In this document: positions 51,236 to 62,707 of the stretch, piece by piece | Layout of the letters: the number at the start of each line of letters is the position of its first letter | Position numbering within the stretch: the first letter of the stretch is position 1 | Source of the DNA: Alphaproteobacteria bacterium | GTDB taxonomy: Bacteria; Pseudomonadota; Alphaproteobacteria; GCA-2746255 | DNA: 64,000 bases | Assembly: GCA_965249135.1 (NCBI GenBank) | Contig: OZ252220.1 | Span: forward strand, 742,497 to 806,496 | Reading direction: 5' to 3' | Program-made: the position numbers and the translations under genes | Notes under the pieces: model-generated | What the model was told of the DNA's origin: nothing | Database searches by the model: none | The model's input: only the letters and a program-made list of their open reading frames with translations

Positions 51236-51677
51236 TAGTTATACCCCCTCAACGATGCAACTTAATCCAATGGCTAGATATCCAACGATTGGATCGAAAC
51301 GTATACAATATCTATACGCTTCAACCCACTAAGCTGCCACATCTTACAAAATAAGAAAATAATCATTACTTGCCGGGGGTATCTGGCCAACTGTTTGAAG
51401 AAGCTTGGAAAATAGAGATAGTTGCGGCCGCCTTCCCCGCTTGGCCCCGCCGGAACGACTCCTTCGCCGGCTCTCCGGATGGGGTCGACCCCACCCCCCT
51501 CGGCCGTGCGCGGGAAGGATCTTCGGAGAGAATTCAATCCTTTGTTAACGGTGATCTGAAACCATGTGAAAGCCGAGGCGCTCTGAGGGGTAGGGGTTTG
51601 CAACCGAGCGAGGGCTTCGTGCTAGAATAGTTAACCAAATGCGCCGAAAGAGCGCGTGAATCCGGGAAAAATGTCCT

Positions 51678-52892
51678 ATGGACTACAATCGCTATTTTGC
51701 GGAAGCCATCGCCGGCCTGAAGGCGGAAGGCCGCTATCGCGTCTTCGCCGACCTCGAGCGGACGCAGGGCTCCTTTCCGCGGGCTTTCAAGCATCTCGAG
51801 GGCGGCAAGATGAAGGAGGTCACCGTCTGGTGCAGCAACGACTATCTCGGCATGGGCCAACACTCCCAGGTGCGCGAGGCGATGGCCGAAGCCCTGGCGA
51901 CCCATGGCGCCGGCGCCGGGGGCACGCGAAATATCTCGGGCACCCTCCACCACCACGTGCTGCTTGAGCACGAGCTGGCCGACCTCCACGGAAAGGAAGC
52001 CGCCCTTCTCTTCACCTCCGGCTACATCTCGAACGAGGCGGCGCTCAGCACGATCGCCAGGCTGCTTCCCGACTGCATCATCTTCTCCGATGATCTCAAC
52101 CATGCCTCCATGATTCAGGGCATTCGCCACAGTGGCGCGCCCCGGAAGATTTTCCGCCATAACGACGTGGCCCATCTCGAGGAACTCCTGCGCGAGATGG
52201 AGCCGGCCAGGCCGAAGCTGATCGCCTTTGAATCGATCTATTCGATGGACGCAGACGTGGCACCGGTCAGGGCAATCTGTGACCTTGCCGAAACCTACGG
52301 CGCGATGACCTATCTCGACGAGGTCCACGCCGTCGGCATGTACGGGCCACGCGGTGGCGGCATCGCGGAGCGCGAAGGCGTCATGGACCGGATCACGATC
52401 GTCGAAGGGACCCTGGCGAAGGCCTTCGGCGTAATGGGCGGTTACATTGCGGGTTCCGCCCCGCTCGTCGATGCGGTTCGCAGTTTCGCGCCCGGCTTCA
52501 TCTTTACGACGGCGCTGCCGCCGGTGGTCGCCGCCGGCGCCTTGGCAAGCGTGCGCCACCTCAAGGTGAGCGATTCGGAGCGCAGGCAGCATCAAGAGCG
52601 TGCCGCGACCTGCAAACGGTTACTCGCGGAAGCAGGCCTTCCCGTCATGCCGTCCGAAAGCCACATCGTCCCGCTGATCGTCGGCAACGCACGGCTTTGC
52701 AAGCAGGCAAGCGACATCCTGCTCGAGGAACACGGCGTCTATATCCAGCCGATCAATTACCCGACCGTGCCGAAGGGGACGGAACGGCTGCGTATCACGC
52801 CGTCGCCCTTACACACGGATGCGATGATGGCGCACTTGGTCGCGTCCTTGCTCGATGTCTGGAATCGTCTGGAATTGCAGCTCGCCGCTTGA
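51678..52892 (+). CDS. hemA: 5-aminolevulinate synthase (Shemin pathway)
   Basis: [48 protein letters not shown]. Confidence 0.97.
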   Translation: MDYNRYFAEAIAGLKAEGRYRVFADLERTQGSFPRAFKHLEGGKMKEVTVWCSNDYLGMGQHSQVREAMAEALATHGAGAGGTRNISGTLHHHVLLEHELADLHGKEAALLFTSGYISNEAALSTIARLLPDCIIFSDDLNHASMIQGIRHSGAPRKIFRHNDVAHLEELLREMEPARPKLIAFESIYSMDADVAPVRAICDLAETYGAMTYLDEVHAVGMYGPRGGGIAEREGVMDRITIVEGTLAKAFGVMGGYIAGSAPLVDAVRSFAPGFIFTTALPPVVAAGALASVRHLKVSDSERRQHQERAATCKRLLAEAGLPVMPSESHIVPLIVGNARLCKQASDILLEEHGVYIQPINYPTVPKGTERLRITPSPLHTDAMMAHLVASLLDVWNRLELQLAA

Positions 52893-52909
52893 GTTAAGGC
52901 GGCCATCCT

Positions 52910-53875
52910 TCAGTTTCGGCCCTCCGGCAGACCGAGCAGGATCTGCACCCACCGGCTCGGTCCCCGCCTCGGCGGCGGGTAGTACGGCCGGTATTCCATG
53001 ACGCCTTCCGGATCCTCGTGAATGAGGATTTCGGCCTCCGGATACGCCTCGGCAATTTTCTTTTCCACCTCGTCCGCGATCTTATGGGCGTGGCGCAACG
53101 TCATCTTGCCATCCAGCTCGAGGTGAAGCTGGATGAAGACGGTCGTCCCGGATTTCCTGGTGCGAAGGTCGTGGAGATCCTCCACCTCCGGATGAAAACG
53201 GACGAGTTCGCGGATTCGCTCGCGATCCTCTTCGGCAAGCTCGCGGTCCATGAGCGGATCGAGCGAAATAAAGGCGATCTTGCCGGCCGTTCGCAAAAGG
53301 TAAAGCGCGATCGCCGCCCCGAAGATCGGGTCCACCATTTGCCAGCCGAAACTCGAAGAAAGCACCAGCGCCAGGATCACGCTGCCATTGATCAGCACGT
53401 CGCCCTTGTAGTGAAGGGCATCGGCGCGGATGGCGATGGAGCCGGTCTTGCGTACGACGGTGCGTTGAAAATAAACAAGGCCAATCGTGACGACGGTGGC
53501 AAACACCATGACGGCGATGCCGACTTCCCCGTACAGAATGGCCTTCGGATGCACCAGCCGATGGCCGGCCTCGATCAGCAAGAACACGGCCGAGCCGGCG
53601 ACGAAGGCGGCCTGGCCAAGCCCGGCCAGCGATTCCGCCTTGCCATGTCCGAAGCGGTGCTCGTAGTCGGCCGGCTGCAAGGCGTGCCGCACGGCGAGCA
53701 GGTTCACGAAGGAGGCCCCGAAATCGAGCAGCGAGTCGATGAGCGAAGAAAGCAGGCTGATCGAATCCGTAAGCCACCAGGCGGCCACCTTGACGAGGAT
53801 AAGCAGGAGCGCCACGCCGATGGCCAGCGTCGTCGCAAGCCGCATGAGGTTTGCGTTCTCGTCAGAAATCACCAT
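52910..53875 (-). CDS. fieF: Cation diffusion facilitator, FieF/YiiP-like
   Basis: DSLLD (TM2), HRFGHGKAE, ADALHYKGD (TM5), HDLRTR, IHEDP. Confidence 0.85.
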   Translation of the reverse strand: MVISDENANLMRLATTLAIGVALLLILVKVAAWWLTDSISLLSSLIDSLLDFGASFVNLLAVRHALQPADYEHRFGHGKAESLAGLGQAAFVAGSAVFLLIEAGHRLVHPKAILYGEVGIAVMVFATVVTIGLVYFQRTVVRKTGSIAIRADALHYKGDVLINGSVILALVLSSSFGWQMVDPIFGAAIALYLLRTAGKIAFISLDPLMDRELAEEDRERIRELVRFHPEVEDLHDLRTRKSGTTVFIQLHLELDGKMTLRHAHKIADEVEKKIAEAYPEAEILIHEDPEGVMEYRPYYPPPRRGPSRWVQILLGLPEGRN

Positions 53876-53915
53876 CGATTTTTGGGGGGTTGTAGCCAAG
53901 GCTTTTTCCTGCGGG

Positions 53916-54506
53916 TCAGGGGTAGAGTCGTTCCACCCGCCATCCATCTCCATCCCGATCATACACCAACCGGTCGTGCAGACGGAACGCGGCCTGACCC
54001 CAAAACTCGATCCGCTCCGGCAGGACGCGATAGCCCGACCAAAAAGGGGGACGCGGCACCGCGCCTACCCCGAACTTCAGCGTAAATTTGGCAACGCGTT
54101 TCTCAAGCTCGAACCGGCCTTCGAGAGGGCGTGATTGTGCCGATGCCCAGGCACCGATTTGGCTCAAGCGATCGCGGGTTGCGAAATAGGCATCCGCCTC
54201 TTCGTCACTTACCGGCTCGGTCGCGCCGGTGATTCGTACCTGGCGGTCGATTGACTTCCAGTAGAAGCAAAGGGCGGCACGGGGATTTTTTTGAAGTTCG
54301 TGGGCCTTGTCGCTCTCCAGATTCGTATAGAAGGTAAATCCGCGCGCATCCACCGCCTTCAGCAGTACCATCCGTGAAGCAGGCGTGCCATCGGCACCGA
54401 CGGTGGCAAGCGCCATCGCATGTGGGTTCTTCGGCTCCGATGCGCAAGCCTCCCCGAACCACGCCTCGAAAAGGGCGATCGGGTCCCTCTCCGGGTTTTC
54501 AAACAT
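53916..54506 (-). CDS. pdxH: Pyridoxamine 5'-phosphate oxidase
   Basis: RMVLLK, FYTN.ES.K, GAWAS.QS, EFW...FRLHDR, RLYP. Confidence 0.96.
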   Translation of the reverse strand: MFENPERDPIALFEAWFGEACASEPKNPHAMALATVGADGTPASRMVLLKAVDARGFTFYTNLESDKAHELQKNPRAALCFYWKSIDRQVRITGATEPVSDEEADAYFATRDRLSQIGAWASAQSRPLEGRFELEKRVAKFTLKFGVGAVPRPPFWSGYRVLPERIEFWGQAAFRLHDRLVYDRDGDGWRVERLYP

Positions 54507-54570
54507 GCTGCCGTTTCGAAGCCTCTTTCGGGTTACCCGCCGAGGTTAAAGTCCGATTCCCGGCTGCGCG

Positions 54571-55413
54571 TCAAGACATCTCCGGCGGGCCCTTGCGCCA
54601 ATCCCCGATCGCCGCAGTCAGCACGCCGCCCGCCAGCACGGCAAACCACTACACGAACATCCAGACAAGAAAGATCGGGATGGCCGCAAGCGCGCCGTAA
54701 ACTGCCTCATAGGTCGGGAACGTGGCCAAGTAGATTCCGAAACCCTTTTTCGCGCCCTCGAAAAGAAAAGCCGCAACGGCGCCGCCGATCAACGCATCTC
54801 GCCAATTGACCTCGCAATTCGGGATGACAATATAAAGAAGTGCAATGGCGATGGTTCCCAAAAGGAACGGCAGGAACCGGAGAAAAGAACGAATGTTCTC
54901 CACAACCTCGCTGCCAAACCATTCCGTCGCCGCAAAAAGATAGCCGGAGACGGAAAGGCCGGCGCCGATGAGAAGCGGGCCAAGCGTCATCACCGCCCAA
55001 TAGGCAAGCAGGCGCGGAACCAGCTTCCTCGGCACGCTCACATGCCAGATCTGATTGAACGTCTTCTCGATCGTGGACAGCAATAGGATGGCGGTGGTGA
55101 AAAGAAACAGAAGGCCCACCGTCGTAAGTTCGCGGGCATTTTCCGCGAACGTCGCAAACTTGCTCTTGATCGCACCCTCCAAATGCGGCGCGAAGTTCTG
55201 AAAGAAGGGGGCATAAACCTCGTCCCTGGATTGATCGAGGCCGGGAAAAATGGCGAACGCCGAAAGACCGATCGCCATGAGTGGGACCATGGCAAGAAGC
55301 GAGGTGTAGCTGAGCGCCGCCGCCGCCTGCTCCAAACGGGTTTCCGAAAACCGATGGCGCAGAAAACGCAAGAAAGACCGGAGCCGTGCAAGGATCGCAA
55401 GCGGTGATTCCAT
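54571..55413 (-). CDS. yihY: YihY / virulence factor BrkB family inner-membrane protein with an in-frame TAG at 54649-54651
   Basis: AAALSYTSLLAMVP, IEKTFNQIW, YWAVMTLGP, YGALAAIPIFLVW; the family-like last TM continues past the TAG. Confidence 0.85.
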
Positions 55414-55579
55414 CGCATGAGCATAGGCCGCTTGCCTCGTCTGGAAAAGTCGTGAGCCTTCCTTGGCGCTGGCTTGGACCCCTTTCGGCTTTCGTGTAGG
55501 ATATCACTCGTTCCTGCGGGCTTTGCGAAATCCGTCCTGCGGTCGCATCTGAAGTCGAACAAGACGCCAAGAGAGAAAA

Positions 55580-56392
55580 ATGAGCAGCAAAACGCAAGTG
55601 ATGGCCGGAAAGAAGGGGCTCATCATGGGCGTGGCCAACGACCGCTCCCTTGCCTGGGGCATCGCCAAGGCCGCCGGCGACGCAAGCGCGGAACTTGCGT
55701 TTACCTATCAGGGCGAAGCTTTGGCGCGGCGCGTCGGACCGCTCGCCGAATCCCTGGGCTCCGATTTCGTCCTGCCGTGCGACGTCACGGACGATGCCAG
55801 CATCGATGCGGTGTTTGCGAACATCAAGGAGCGTTGGGGAAAAATGGATTTCCTCGTGCACGGAATCGCCTATTCGGACAAGGAACAACTAAAGGGTCGT
55901 TACCTGGATACGACCGAGGACAATTTTGCCATGACATTGGCGATTTCCTGTTACTCGTTCACTGCCGTCTGCCAACGCGCCGTCCCGTTGATGTCCGACG
56001 GTGGCAGCCTGCTGACCCTGACTTACACCGGTGCCGAGCGCGTCATACCGCATTACAACGTCATGGGAGTCGCCAAAGCGGCACTCGAGGCAAGCGTGCG
56101 CGCCCTGGCCGTCGATCTGGGGCCAGAGAACATCCGCGTCAATGCCATTTCGGCGGGGCCGATCAAGACGCTGGCCGCATCCGGCATCGGCGATTTCCGC
56201 TACATTCTAAAGTGGAACCAATACAACTCGCCACTCCACCGCAACATAACGATCGAAGATGTCGGCGGCGCCGCCCTTTATCTGCTGAGCGACCTTTCCT
56301 CCGGCGTCACCGGGGAAATCCATCACGTCGATGGCGGCTACAACGTCGTCGGGATGAAGGCAGAAGACGCGCCGGATATCTCCGTCGTTTAG
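55580..56392 (+). CDS. fabI: Enoyl-ACP reductase
   Basis: GVANDRSLAWGIA, YNVMGVAKAALE, AGPIKTLAA. Confidence 0.97.
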   Translation: MSSKTQVMAGKKGLIMGVANDRSLAWGIAKAAGDASAELAFTYQGEALARRVGPLAESLGSDFVLPCDVTDDASIDAVFANIKERWGKMDFLVHGIAYSDKEQLKGRYLDTTEDNFAMTLAISCYSFTAVCQRAVPLMSDGGSLLTLTYTGAERVIPHYNVMGVAKAALEASVRALAVDLGPENIRVNAISAGPIKTLAASGIGDFRYILKWNQYNSPLHRNITIEDVGGAALYLLSDLSSGVTGEIHHVDGGYNVVGMKAEDAPDISVV

Positions 56393-56401
56393 GATCGGAT
56401 T

Positions 56402-57472
56402 ATGACTGGGAACAGCTTCGGGACCCTCTTTCGGTTCACGACCTGGGGGGAAAGCCACGGACCTGCCATCGGCGGCGTCGTCGATGGCGTGCCGCCGGGC
56501 CTGGCCCTGACGGAAGCCGATATTCAGGTCTGGCTCGACCAACGGCGGCCGGGAAGCTCGCGCTTTACGACCCAGCGCCGCGAAGCCGATCAAGTCAAGA
56601 TTCTCTCCGGCGTCTTCGAAGGCAAGACGACGGGGGCACCGATCAGCCTTCTTATCGAAAACACGGATTCCCGCCCGAAGGATTACGACGCGATCAAGGA
56701 CGTCTTCCGTCCGGGACATGCCGACTATACCTACTTCAAGAAATACGGCATCCGCGACTACCGGGGCGGGGGCCGTGCGTCGGCACGGGAGACGGCCATT
56801 CGCGTCGCCGCCGGTGCCATCGCCCGAAAGATCTTAGGCGCGCACATCGTCATCCGCGGCGCGCTCGTCCAGATGGGACCGCTGAAGGTGGATGCGGAGC
56901 GCTGGGACTGGGACGCCGTCGGACGGAATCCCTTCTTCTGCCCCGACACCAAGCTGGCAAAGGAACTGGAATCCTACCTCGACGGCATCCGCAAGGCGGG
57001 CAACTCCGTCGGTGCCATTATCCATCTCGAAGCATCCGGTGTGCCGGTAGGGCTTGGCGCGCCGGTTTACGACAAATTGGACGCCGACCTCGCCAAGGCG
57101 ATGATGAGCATCAATGCCGTCAAAGGGGTCGAGATCGGCGCCGGTTTCGCGGCTGCCTCGCTCTCGGGCGATGAGAACGCCGACGAAATGCGCATGGAAA
57201 ACGGCGAGGCGACCTTCCTTTCCAACCATGCCGGCGGCGTTTTGGGTGGCATCTCGTCGGGCCAGCCGGTCATCGTGCGCTTCGCCGTGAAACCGGCAAG
57301 CTCGATTACGGTCTCGAGACGGTCCGTCGACCGCGCAGGGAAAGACGTCGATGTCGCGACGAAAGGCCGCCACGATCCGTGCGTCGGCATTCGCGCCGTC
57401 CCGGTGGGCGAGGCGATGCTGGCAAACGTGCTGGCGGATCACTTGCTCCGTCACAAGGCGCAGTGCGGCTAA
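56402..57472 (+). CDS. aroC: Chorismate synthase
   Basis: [27 protein letters not shown]. Confidence 0.98.
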   Translation: MTGNSFGTLFRFTTWGESHGPAIGGVVDGVPPGLALTEADIQVWLDQRRPGSSRFTTQRREADQVKILSGVFEGKTTGAPISLLIENTDSRPKDYDAIKDVFRPGHADYTYFKKYGIRDYRGGGRASARETAIRVAAGAIARKILGAHIVIRGALVQMGPLKVDAERWDWDAVGRNPFFCPDTKLAKELESYLDGIRKAGNSVGAIIHLEASGVPVGLGAPVYDKLDADLAKAMMSINAVKGVEIGAGFAAASLSGDENADEMRMENGEATFLSNHAGGVLGGISSGQPVIVRFAVKPASSITVSRRSVDRAGKDVDVATKGRHDPCVGIRAVPVGEAMLANVLADHLLRHKAQCG

Positions 57473-57481
57473 GCCTTCGCC

Positions 57482-58234
57482 TTAACCTTCGAAGCGGGCG
57501 GCAATCAGGAATTCCTTGTTTCCTTCGGAGCCTAAGATCGGGCTTTCCGTGAGGCCCAGCACCGTCCAGCCGGGCAGCGCCTGAAGCCAGGCGGTGATCC
57601 GCTCGCAGACTTCCGCATGCTGCGCAGGCTCGCGGACGACCCCTCGCTTTCCGACCTTCCCCTTGCCGACCTCGAATTGCGGCTTGATGAGGGCGATGAG
57701 CATGGCGCCCGGTGCGGCCAGACGCAAAGGCTTGGGCAGGATCGTCTCCAGCCCGATGAAGCTCGCATCGCAGACGATCAAATCGACCGCCTCGGGGATC
57801 TCCGCGTCCGTAAGGTTCCTTGCGTTGATACGCTCGAGCACGGAGACACGGGGGTCGTTGCGAAGCTTCCAGTCCAGCTGGCCATGGCCGACATCGACGG
57901 CATAGATCTTGCGGGCCCCGCCGTGGCAAAGCACATCCGTGAAGCCACCATGGGAGGCGCCGATGTCGAGCGCCGTCTTGTCGGCCGGATCGATCCCGAA
58001 ATGTTGAAGCGCGTGAGCCAGCTTCACGCCACCGCGCGACGCCCATGGATGCTGAGGCCCCCTGAGCTCGAGCGGGGTTTCGAGCGCAAGCCGCATGCCG
58101 GGTTTTTCGAGACGGCGGGTGCCGCTGAAGACACGGCCCGCAAGCACGATGGCCTGGGCGCGGTTTGGGTTCTCGGCCAAGCCGAGACGGACGAGCAATG
58201 CGTCAAGGCGGAACTTTTCCGCCTTCTTCGGCAT
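57482..58234 (-). CDS. tlyA: TlyA family rRNA methyltransferase (S4 + FtsJ)
   Basis: RLDALL, SRGGVKL, DIGASHGGFTD, KPQFE, GN.EFL. Confidence 0.93.
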   Translation of the reverse strand: MPKKAEKFRLDALLVRLGLAENPNRAQAIVLAGRVFSGTRRLEKPGMRLALETPLELRGPQHPWASRGGVKLAHALQHFGIDPADKTALDIGASHGGFTDVLCHGGARKIYAVDVGHGQLDWKLRNDPRVSVLERINARNLTDAEIPEAVDLIVCDASFIGLETILPKPLRLAAPGAMLIALIKPQFEVGKGKVGKRGVVREPAQHAEVCERITAWLQALPGWTVLGLTESPILGSEGNKEFLIAARFEG

Positions 58235-58238
58235 GGGA

Positions 58239-60173
58239 TCAGGCGCGGGCGGAGACGATGTCGTGGCCAAGGGTGGCCAGTGCCGTGTCCACGATGTGGC
58301 GGGCATTGAGGCCTGCGGTTTCGTACTGCTTGGCAGGCGCGTCGTGCTCCAAGAATACGTCCGGCAGCACCATCGGCCGGACCTTCAGGCCGGCATCCAA
58401 CAGCCCGCCAAGGGCAAGAGACTGCAGGACGTGGGAGGCAAAGCCGCCGACCGCACCTTCCTCGATGGTGATCAGGACCTCATGCTCCAGCGCGAGTCGG
58501 CGGATCAGTTCCTCGTCGAGCGGCTTGGCGAAGCGGGCGTCCGCCACCGTCGTCAACAGGCCCCTCGCGGCCAGTTCGTCGGCCGCCAGCAGGCATTCCT
58601 GAAGCCGCGCGCCGAAGGAAAGGAGGGCCACCGTCGTGCCTTCCTTTAGCACGCGGCCGCGGCCGATCTCGAGTGGGACGCCACAGCTCGGCATGTCGAC
58701 GCCGATCCCTTCGCCACGCGGGTAGCGGACGGCCGAGGGCCGATCGTCGATCGCGGCTGCCGTCGCCACCATGTGGACGAGTTCCGCCTCGTCCGCCGCC
58801 GCCATCACCACGAAGCCGGGCAGGCAGCTCAAATAAGTGACGTCGAAGGACCCGGCATGGGTCTGGCCGTCGGCGCCGACGAGGCCGGCACGGTCGATGG
58901 CGAATCGCACCGGCAGTTTCTGAATCGCGACGTCGTGGACGACCTGGTCATAGGCCCGCTGAAGAAACGTCGAATAGATGGCGGCGAAGGGTTTGAAGCC
59001 TTCCGTCGCCAGCCCGGCGCAGAACGTCACCGCATGCTGTTCGGCAATGCCGACGTCGAAACAACGCTCCGGGAAACGCTCTGCAAACAAATTGAGGCCG
59101 GTCCCGGACGGCATGGCGCCGGTGATGGCGACGATCTTGTCGTCCTTCTCCGCCTCCTGGATCAATGCCTTCGCAAAGGTCGTCGTGTAGTTCGGCGCCT
59201 TCGGCTTCGACTTCTTCTGGATGCCGGTGACGACGTCGAACTTGCTGACCCCATGGTACTTGTCGGCGGACGCCTCGGCCGGTCCATAGCCGTGTCCCTT
59301 CTTGGTCACGACGTGGATGAGAACCGGGCCCGGCTCGGTGTCGTCGCGGACGTTCTTGAGCACCGGCAGCAGGTGGTCGAGGTTGTGCCCGTCGATCGGC
59401 CCAACGTAAAAGAAACCAAGCTCTTCGAACAGCGTGCCGCCGGTGACGAGCCCGCGGGCGAACTCCTCGGCACGGCGCGCCGTGATCTCGATCGAGCGGG
59501 GAAATTTCTTGGCGATCATGCTCGCCAGATGGCGGAGCGACCGGTAGGGCTTCGACGAAATCAGCCGCGAGAGATAGGCGCTCATGGCGCCGACGGGGGG
59601 CGCGATCGACATGTCGTTGTCGTTGAGGATGACGATGAGACGGCTATCCATCGAGCCGGCGTTGTTCATCGCCTCGTACGCCATGCCGGCGCTCATCGCG
59701 CCATCGCCGATGACGGCAATCACCTTGTTCTTCCGTCCTTCGAGATCGCGGGCGATGGCCATGCCAAGGGAAGATGAAATCGATGTCGAAGCGTGCGCCG
59801 CGCCGAACGGATCGTATTCGCTTTCGGAACGCTTCGTGAATCCGGAAAGACCCCCGCCTTGCCGAAGCGTGCGAATGCGATCGCGCCTGCCGGTCAAAAT
59901 CTTGTGCGGGTAACATTGATGGCCGACGTCCCACACCAACCGGTCTTCCGGCGTGTTGAAGACGTGGTGGATCGCCACGGTAAGCTCGACGACGCCAAGC
60001 CCGGCGCCTAGGTGGCCGCCGGTATTGGAAACCGCATCAATCGTCTCGATGCGCAGCTCGTCCGCCAGCTGGCGAAGCTGCTTTTCCTTCAACTTGCGCA
60101 GATCGGCCGGCAAGGTGATTTCGTCGAGAAGCGGTGTCTTGCTAGTTGGATTCGCTTCGGTTTTCTCCGACAA
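58239..60173 (-). CDS. dxs: 1-deoxy-D-xylulose-5-phosphate synthase
   Basis: [39 protein letters not shown]. Confidence 0.98.
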   Translation of the reverse strand: MSEKTEANPTSKTPLLDEITLPADLRKLKEKQLRQLADELRIETIDAVSNTGGHLGAGLGVVELTVAIHHVFNTPEDRLVWDVGHQCYPHKILTGRRDRIRTLRQGGGLSGFTKRSESEYDPFGAAHASTSISSSLGMAIARDLEGRKNKVIAVIGDGAMSAGMAYEAMNNAGSMDSRLIVILNDNDMSIAPPVGAMSAYLSRLISSKPYRSLRHLASMIAKKFPRSIEITARRAEEFARGLVTGGTLFEELGFFYVGPIDGHNLDHLLPVLKNVRDDTEPGPVLIHVVTKKGHGYGPAEASADKYHGVSKFDVVTGIQKKSKPKAPNYTTTFAKALIQEAEKDDKIVAITGAMPSGTGLNLFAERFPERCFDVGIAEQHAVTFCAGLATEGFKPFAAIYSTFLQRAYDQVVHDVAIQKLPVRFAIDRAGLVGADGQTHAGSFDVTYLSCLPGFVVMAAADEAELVHMVATAAAIDDRPSAVRYPRGEGIGVDMPSCGVPLEIGRGRVLKEGTTVALLSFGARLQECLLAADELAARGLLTTVADARFAKPLDEELIRRLALEHEVLITIEEGAVGGFASHVLQSLALGGLLDAGLKVRPMVLPDVFLEHDAPAKQYETAGLNARHIVDTALATLGHDIVSARA

Positions 60174-60204
60174 CGTCCTGGTTTCCCCACCCCCGGACTC
60201 CCAT

Positions 60205-61107
60205 TCAGTGCCGTCGGGTGACGACGAAATGGGCAGCCCTGGCTAATAATTCCGCCTTTTTGCCAAAAAGATCAAGATGAGCAATGGCTTGATCCGCTAA
60301 AATTTTTGCTTGTTCGCGCGCCCGCTCGACCCCGAGGATCGACACAAAGGTCGCTTTTCCGGCGTTTTCGTCCTTCTGGACGGCCTTTCCCGTCGTCTTT
60401 GAATCCCCTTCCACATCAAGAAGATCGTCCTGGATTTGAAAGGCCAGCCCAAGGTCGTGGGCATAGGCATGCAGCGCATGACGCTCGGCATCGCGCGCCT
60501 CTCCCAAGACCGCTCCCGATTCGCAGGCAAAGGCGATCAGCGCCCCGGTTTTCATCCGCTGAAGCCGGGTGATGGCGCCGATATCCATCGTGATGCTCTC
60601 GGCCAGGAGATCCAGCATCTGGCCGCCCACCATGCCGGCCGCCCCCACCGCCTGGGCCAGCGCACGGACCAGTTCCGAGCGCACCCGCGACGTCGGATGG
60701 GTCTCGGACGTAGCAAGGATTTCGAAGGCGAGCGCCTGCAGGGCGTCGCCCGCCAGGATCGCCGTCGCCTCGTCGTACTGTACATGACAGGTCGACTGCC
60801 CGCGCCGAAGTTCATCGTCGTCCATGGCCGGCAGATCGTCATGGACAAGCGAATAACAGTGCGCGAGCTCGACGGCGGCGGCCACGCGAAGCGCGCGCGG
60901 TTCCGGCACGTCGAAAAGTTCCGCACTCATCACCACCAGGAAGGGACGAAAACGTTTGCCGCCGCCGAGTGCTGCATAACGCATTGCCTCACAAACCCGG
61001 ACATCCGGCCCTTCGCTTGTCGGAAGCAAGCGATCGAGAAGTTCGCTCACGGCATCCGCGGTTTCCGTCAGCGCCGTTTCCAGGGATGGCGTGTCCAGCT
61101 TATTCAA
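60205..61107 (-). CDS. ispA: Farnesyl diphosphate synthase
   Basis: [29 protein letters not shown]; the TTG start overlapping the xseB stop is inferred. Confidence 0.93.
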   Translation of the reverse strand: MNKLDTPSLETALTETADAVSELLDRLLPTSEGPDVRVCEAMRYAALGGGKRFRPFLVVMSAELFDVPEPRALRVAAAVELAHCYSLVHDDLPAMDDDELRRGQSTCHVQYDEATAILAGDALQALAFEILATSETHPTSRVRSELVRALAQAVGAAGMVGGQMLDLLAESITMDIGAITRLQRMKTGALIAFACESGAVLGEARDAERHALHAYAHDLGLAFQIQDDLLDVEGDSKTTGKAVQKDENAGKATFVSILGVERAREQAKILADQAIAHLDLFGKKAELLARAAHFVVTRRH

Positions 61108-61351
61108 TGTCGACGTCTTCCAGACCCATCGGACCGTCGCCGCCAAGCTGAATTTGGCTGACCTTCGACTGGGCCTCGCGAAGCTTCATCTCACAGTGCC
61201 GCTTGAGCGCAGCACCCCGTTCATAGGAGGTGATCGCCTCGTCCAGTTTCCCCTTGCCGGATTCGAGCCGTTCGACGATCGCCTCGAGCGCCGCCAGCGC
61301 CTGTTCGAAGCTCATCGCCTGGATGTCCTTGGGAATTTCCCGCTTGGCCAT
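61100..61351 (-). CDS. xseB: Exodeoxyribonuclease VII small subunit
   Basis: SFEQALAALE.IV..LESG...LDEAI..YERG. Confidence 0.95.
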   Translation of the reverse strand: MAKREIPKDIQAMSFEQALAALEAIVERLESGKGKLDEAITSYERGAALKRHCEMKLREAQSKVSQIQLGGDGPMGLEDVDIE

Positions 61352-61578
61352 GGAATCCGCCAATTTTTCGCCAATTTTTCGCTAGATTTTAAAGGTACCG
61401 CAGGCCCTTCCTGAAAGGCAAGCCGGGGCCACCAGCCGAAATTTAAAGGCAAAAAAACATTTAAAACTGCATTGAAAACGGCTAGCTTATAACCGCCGAA
61501 CGACGCAAAACCTTGGAGGAAGGAATGGGCCGGATGGAGCGCAGCCTGCATCCATCAAAAGAAGAAGGAAGACCGGTT

Positions 61579-62706
61579 TTGCGAAGCCGCACGCTTTGGC
61601 TAATGCCGATCGTCTTTCTCGTTGCCGCCCTCACCGCACCCGCCCTTGCCCAGAAAGGGCCAGGGCAAGGGGGCCCGCCACCGACCCTGGTCGTCGTCGA
61701 TGAGGTGCGGACCGAAGAAATGGCCCAGACCATGCCGGTCATCGGCCGTCTCGTCGCCCTTCGCGCAGGCGACGTCGCGACCCGGATCGACGGCCGGGTG
61801 GGCATTTTCCGGGCCGAGGTCGGCGATCGGGTGAAGAAGGGCGCCGTGCTGGCCGTCCTCGATTCGGACCGGCTCGAACGCGAACTTAAGCGCCGCATGG
61901 CTTCCGTCGCCGAGAGCAAGGCCTCCCTTGAAAGCGAGAAGGCCTCCCTTGCGATCGACGACCAGGAACTGCGTCGGCTCGAATCCTTACGCAAATCCGC
62001 CGCCTTCTCGAAGGCCCGCTACGAAGACAAACAGAAGGAAGTGCTGCGCTCCCGTACGCGCGTCAACGTGGCCGAAGCGGTGCTGGAGAACACGACCGCC
62101 CAGCTCGCGCTCGCCCGGCTTGATATTGAAGACGCGCGCATTCGCGCGCCTTACGCCGGCGTGGTTACCGTTCGCCATACGGAAGTCGGCGCCTATGTGA
62201 AGCAGGGAGACGCCGTCGTCTCGATGGTGAACGACAAAAACCTGGAGATCGAGGCGGACGTTCCCTCCCAACGTTTAAGCGGCATCAAGTCGGGTGTCGT
62301 CGTAAAGGTCGAGATCGACAACCGGAACGACTATTTCGCAGTCGTTCGCGCCGTCGTACCGGAAGAAAACCCGATGACACGGACCCGCCGCGTACGTTTC
62401 GTCCCCGGTTTCGATGCGAAAGCGGAAAACTTCGCCGCCAATCAAAGTGCGGTCATTCACCTGCCCATCGGTCACGCGCGTGACGTGCTGACCGTCCACA
62501 AGGACGCCATCGTGAAGCGCGGAGGCGCCTCGCTCGTTTTCGTGGTGGCGAAAGGCGAAGCGCAGCCGCGCCCGATCACCATCGGGGACGCCGTCGGCAA
62601 CCGCTTCGAGGTCCTGAGCGGTCTTGGACCCGGTGAACTCGTCGTCACGCGCGGCAACGAGCGCCTCATTCCGGGCCAGAAGGTCCTGTTCGAACGGAAG
62701 CGTTAG
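61579..62706 (+). CDS. RND efflux periplasmic adaptor (membrane fusion protein)
   Basis: Signal peptide, lipoyl halves (GDRVKKGAVL / IRAPYAGVV..G), coiled-coil hairpin; start uncertain (61513-61603). Confidence 0.9.
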   Translation: MRSRTLWLMPIVFLVAALTAPALAQKGPGQGGPPPTLVVVDEVRTEEMAQTMPVIGRLVALRAGDVATRIDGRVGIFRAEVGDRVKKGAVLAVLDSDRLERELKRRMASVAESKASLESEKASLAIDDQELRRLESLRKSAAFSKARYEDKQKEVLRSRTRVNVAEAVLENTTAQLALARLDIEDARIRAPYAGVVTVRHTEVGAYVKQGDAVVSMVNDKNLEIEADVPSQRLSGIKSGVVVKVEIDNRNDYFAVVRAVVPEENPMTRTRRVRFVPGFDAKAENFAANQSAVIHLPIGHARDVLTVHKDAIVKRGGASLVFVVAKGEAQPRPITIGDAVGNRFEVLSGLGPGELVVTRGNERLIPGQKVLFERKR

Positions 62707-62707
62707 G

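Noticed and set aside
50884..51420. Replication origin (DnaA-like boxes plus AT-rich stretch)
   Set aside because: All boxes carry the same mismatch, a gene separates them from the AT-rich stretch, and no dnaA/hemE/parAB context is visible.
51520..51677. FnrL/FixK box upstream of hemA
   Set aside because: No TTGA-N6-TCAA palindrome found by eye.
54649..54651. Genome-wide TAG reassignment
   Set aside because: TAG is the evident stop codon of many conserved genes here (rpmG, divK, rnd, ndk, rpsF, rpsR, fabI).
61380..61500. CtrA box in the xseB / efflux intergenic region
   Set aside because: TTAA half-sites are present but not at N7 spacing; probably ordinary AT-rich divergent promoters.
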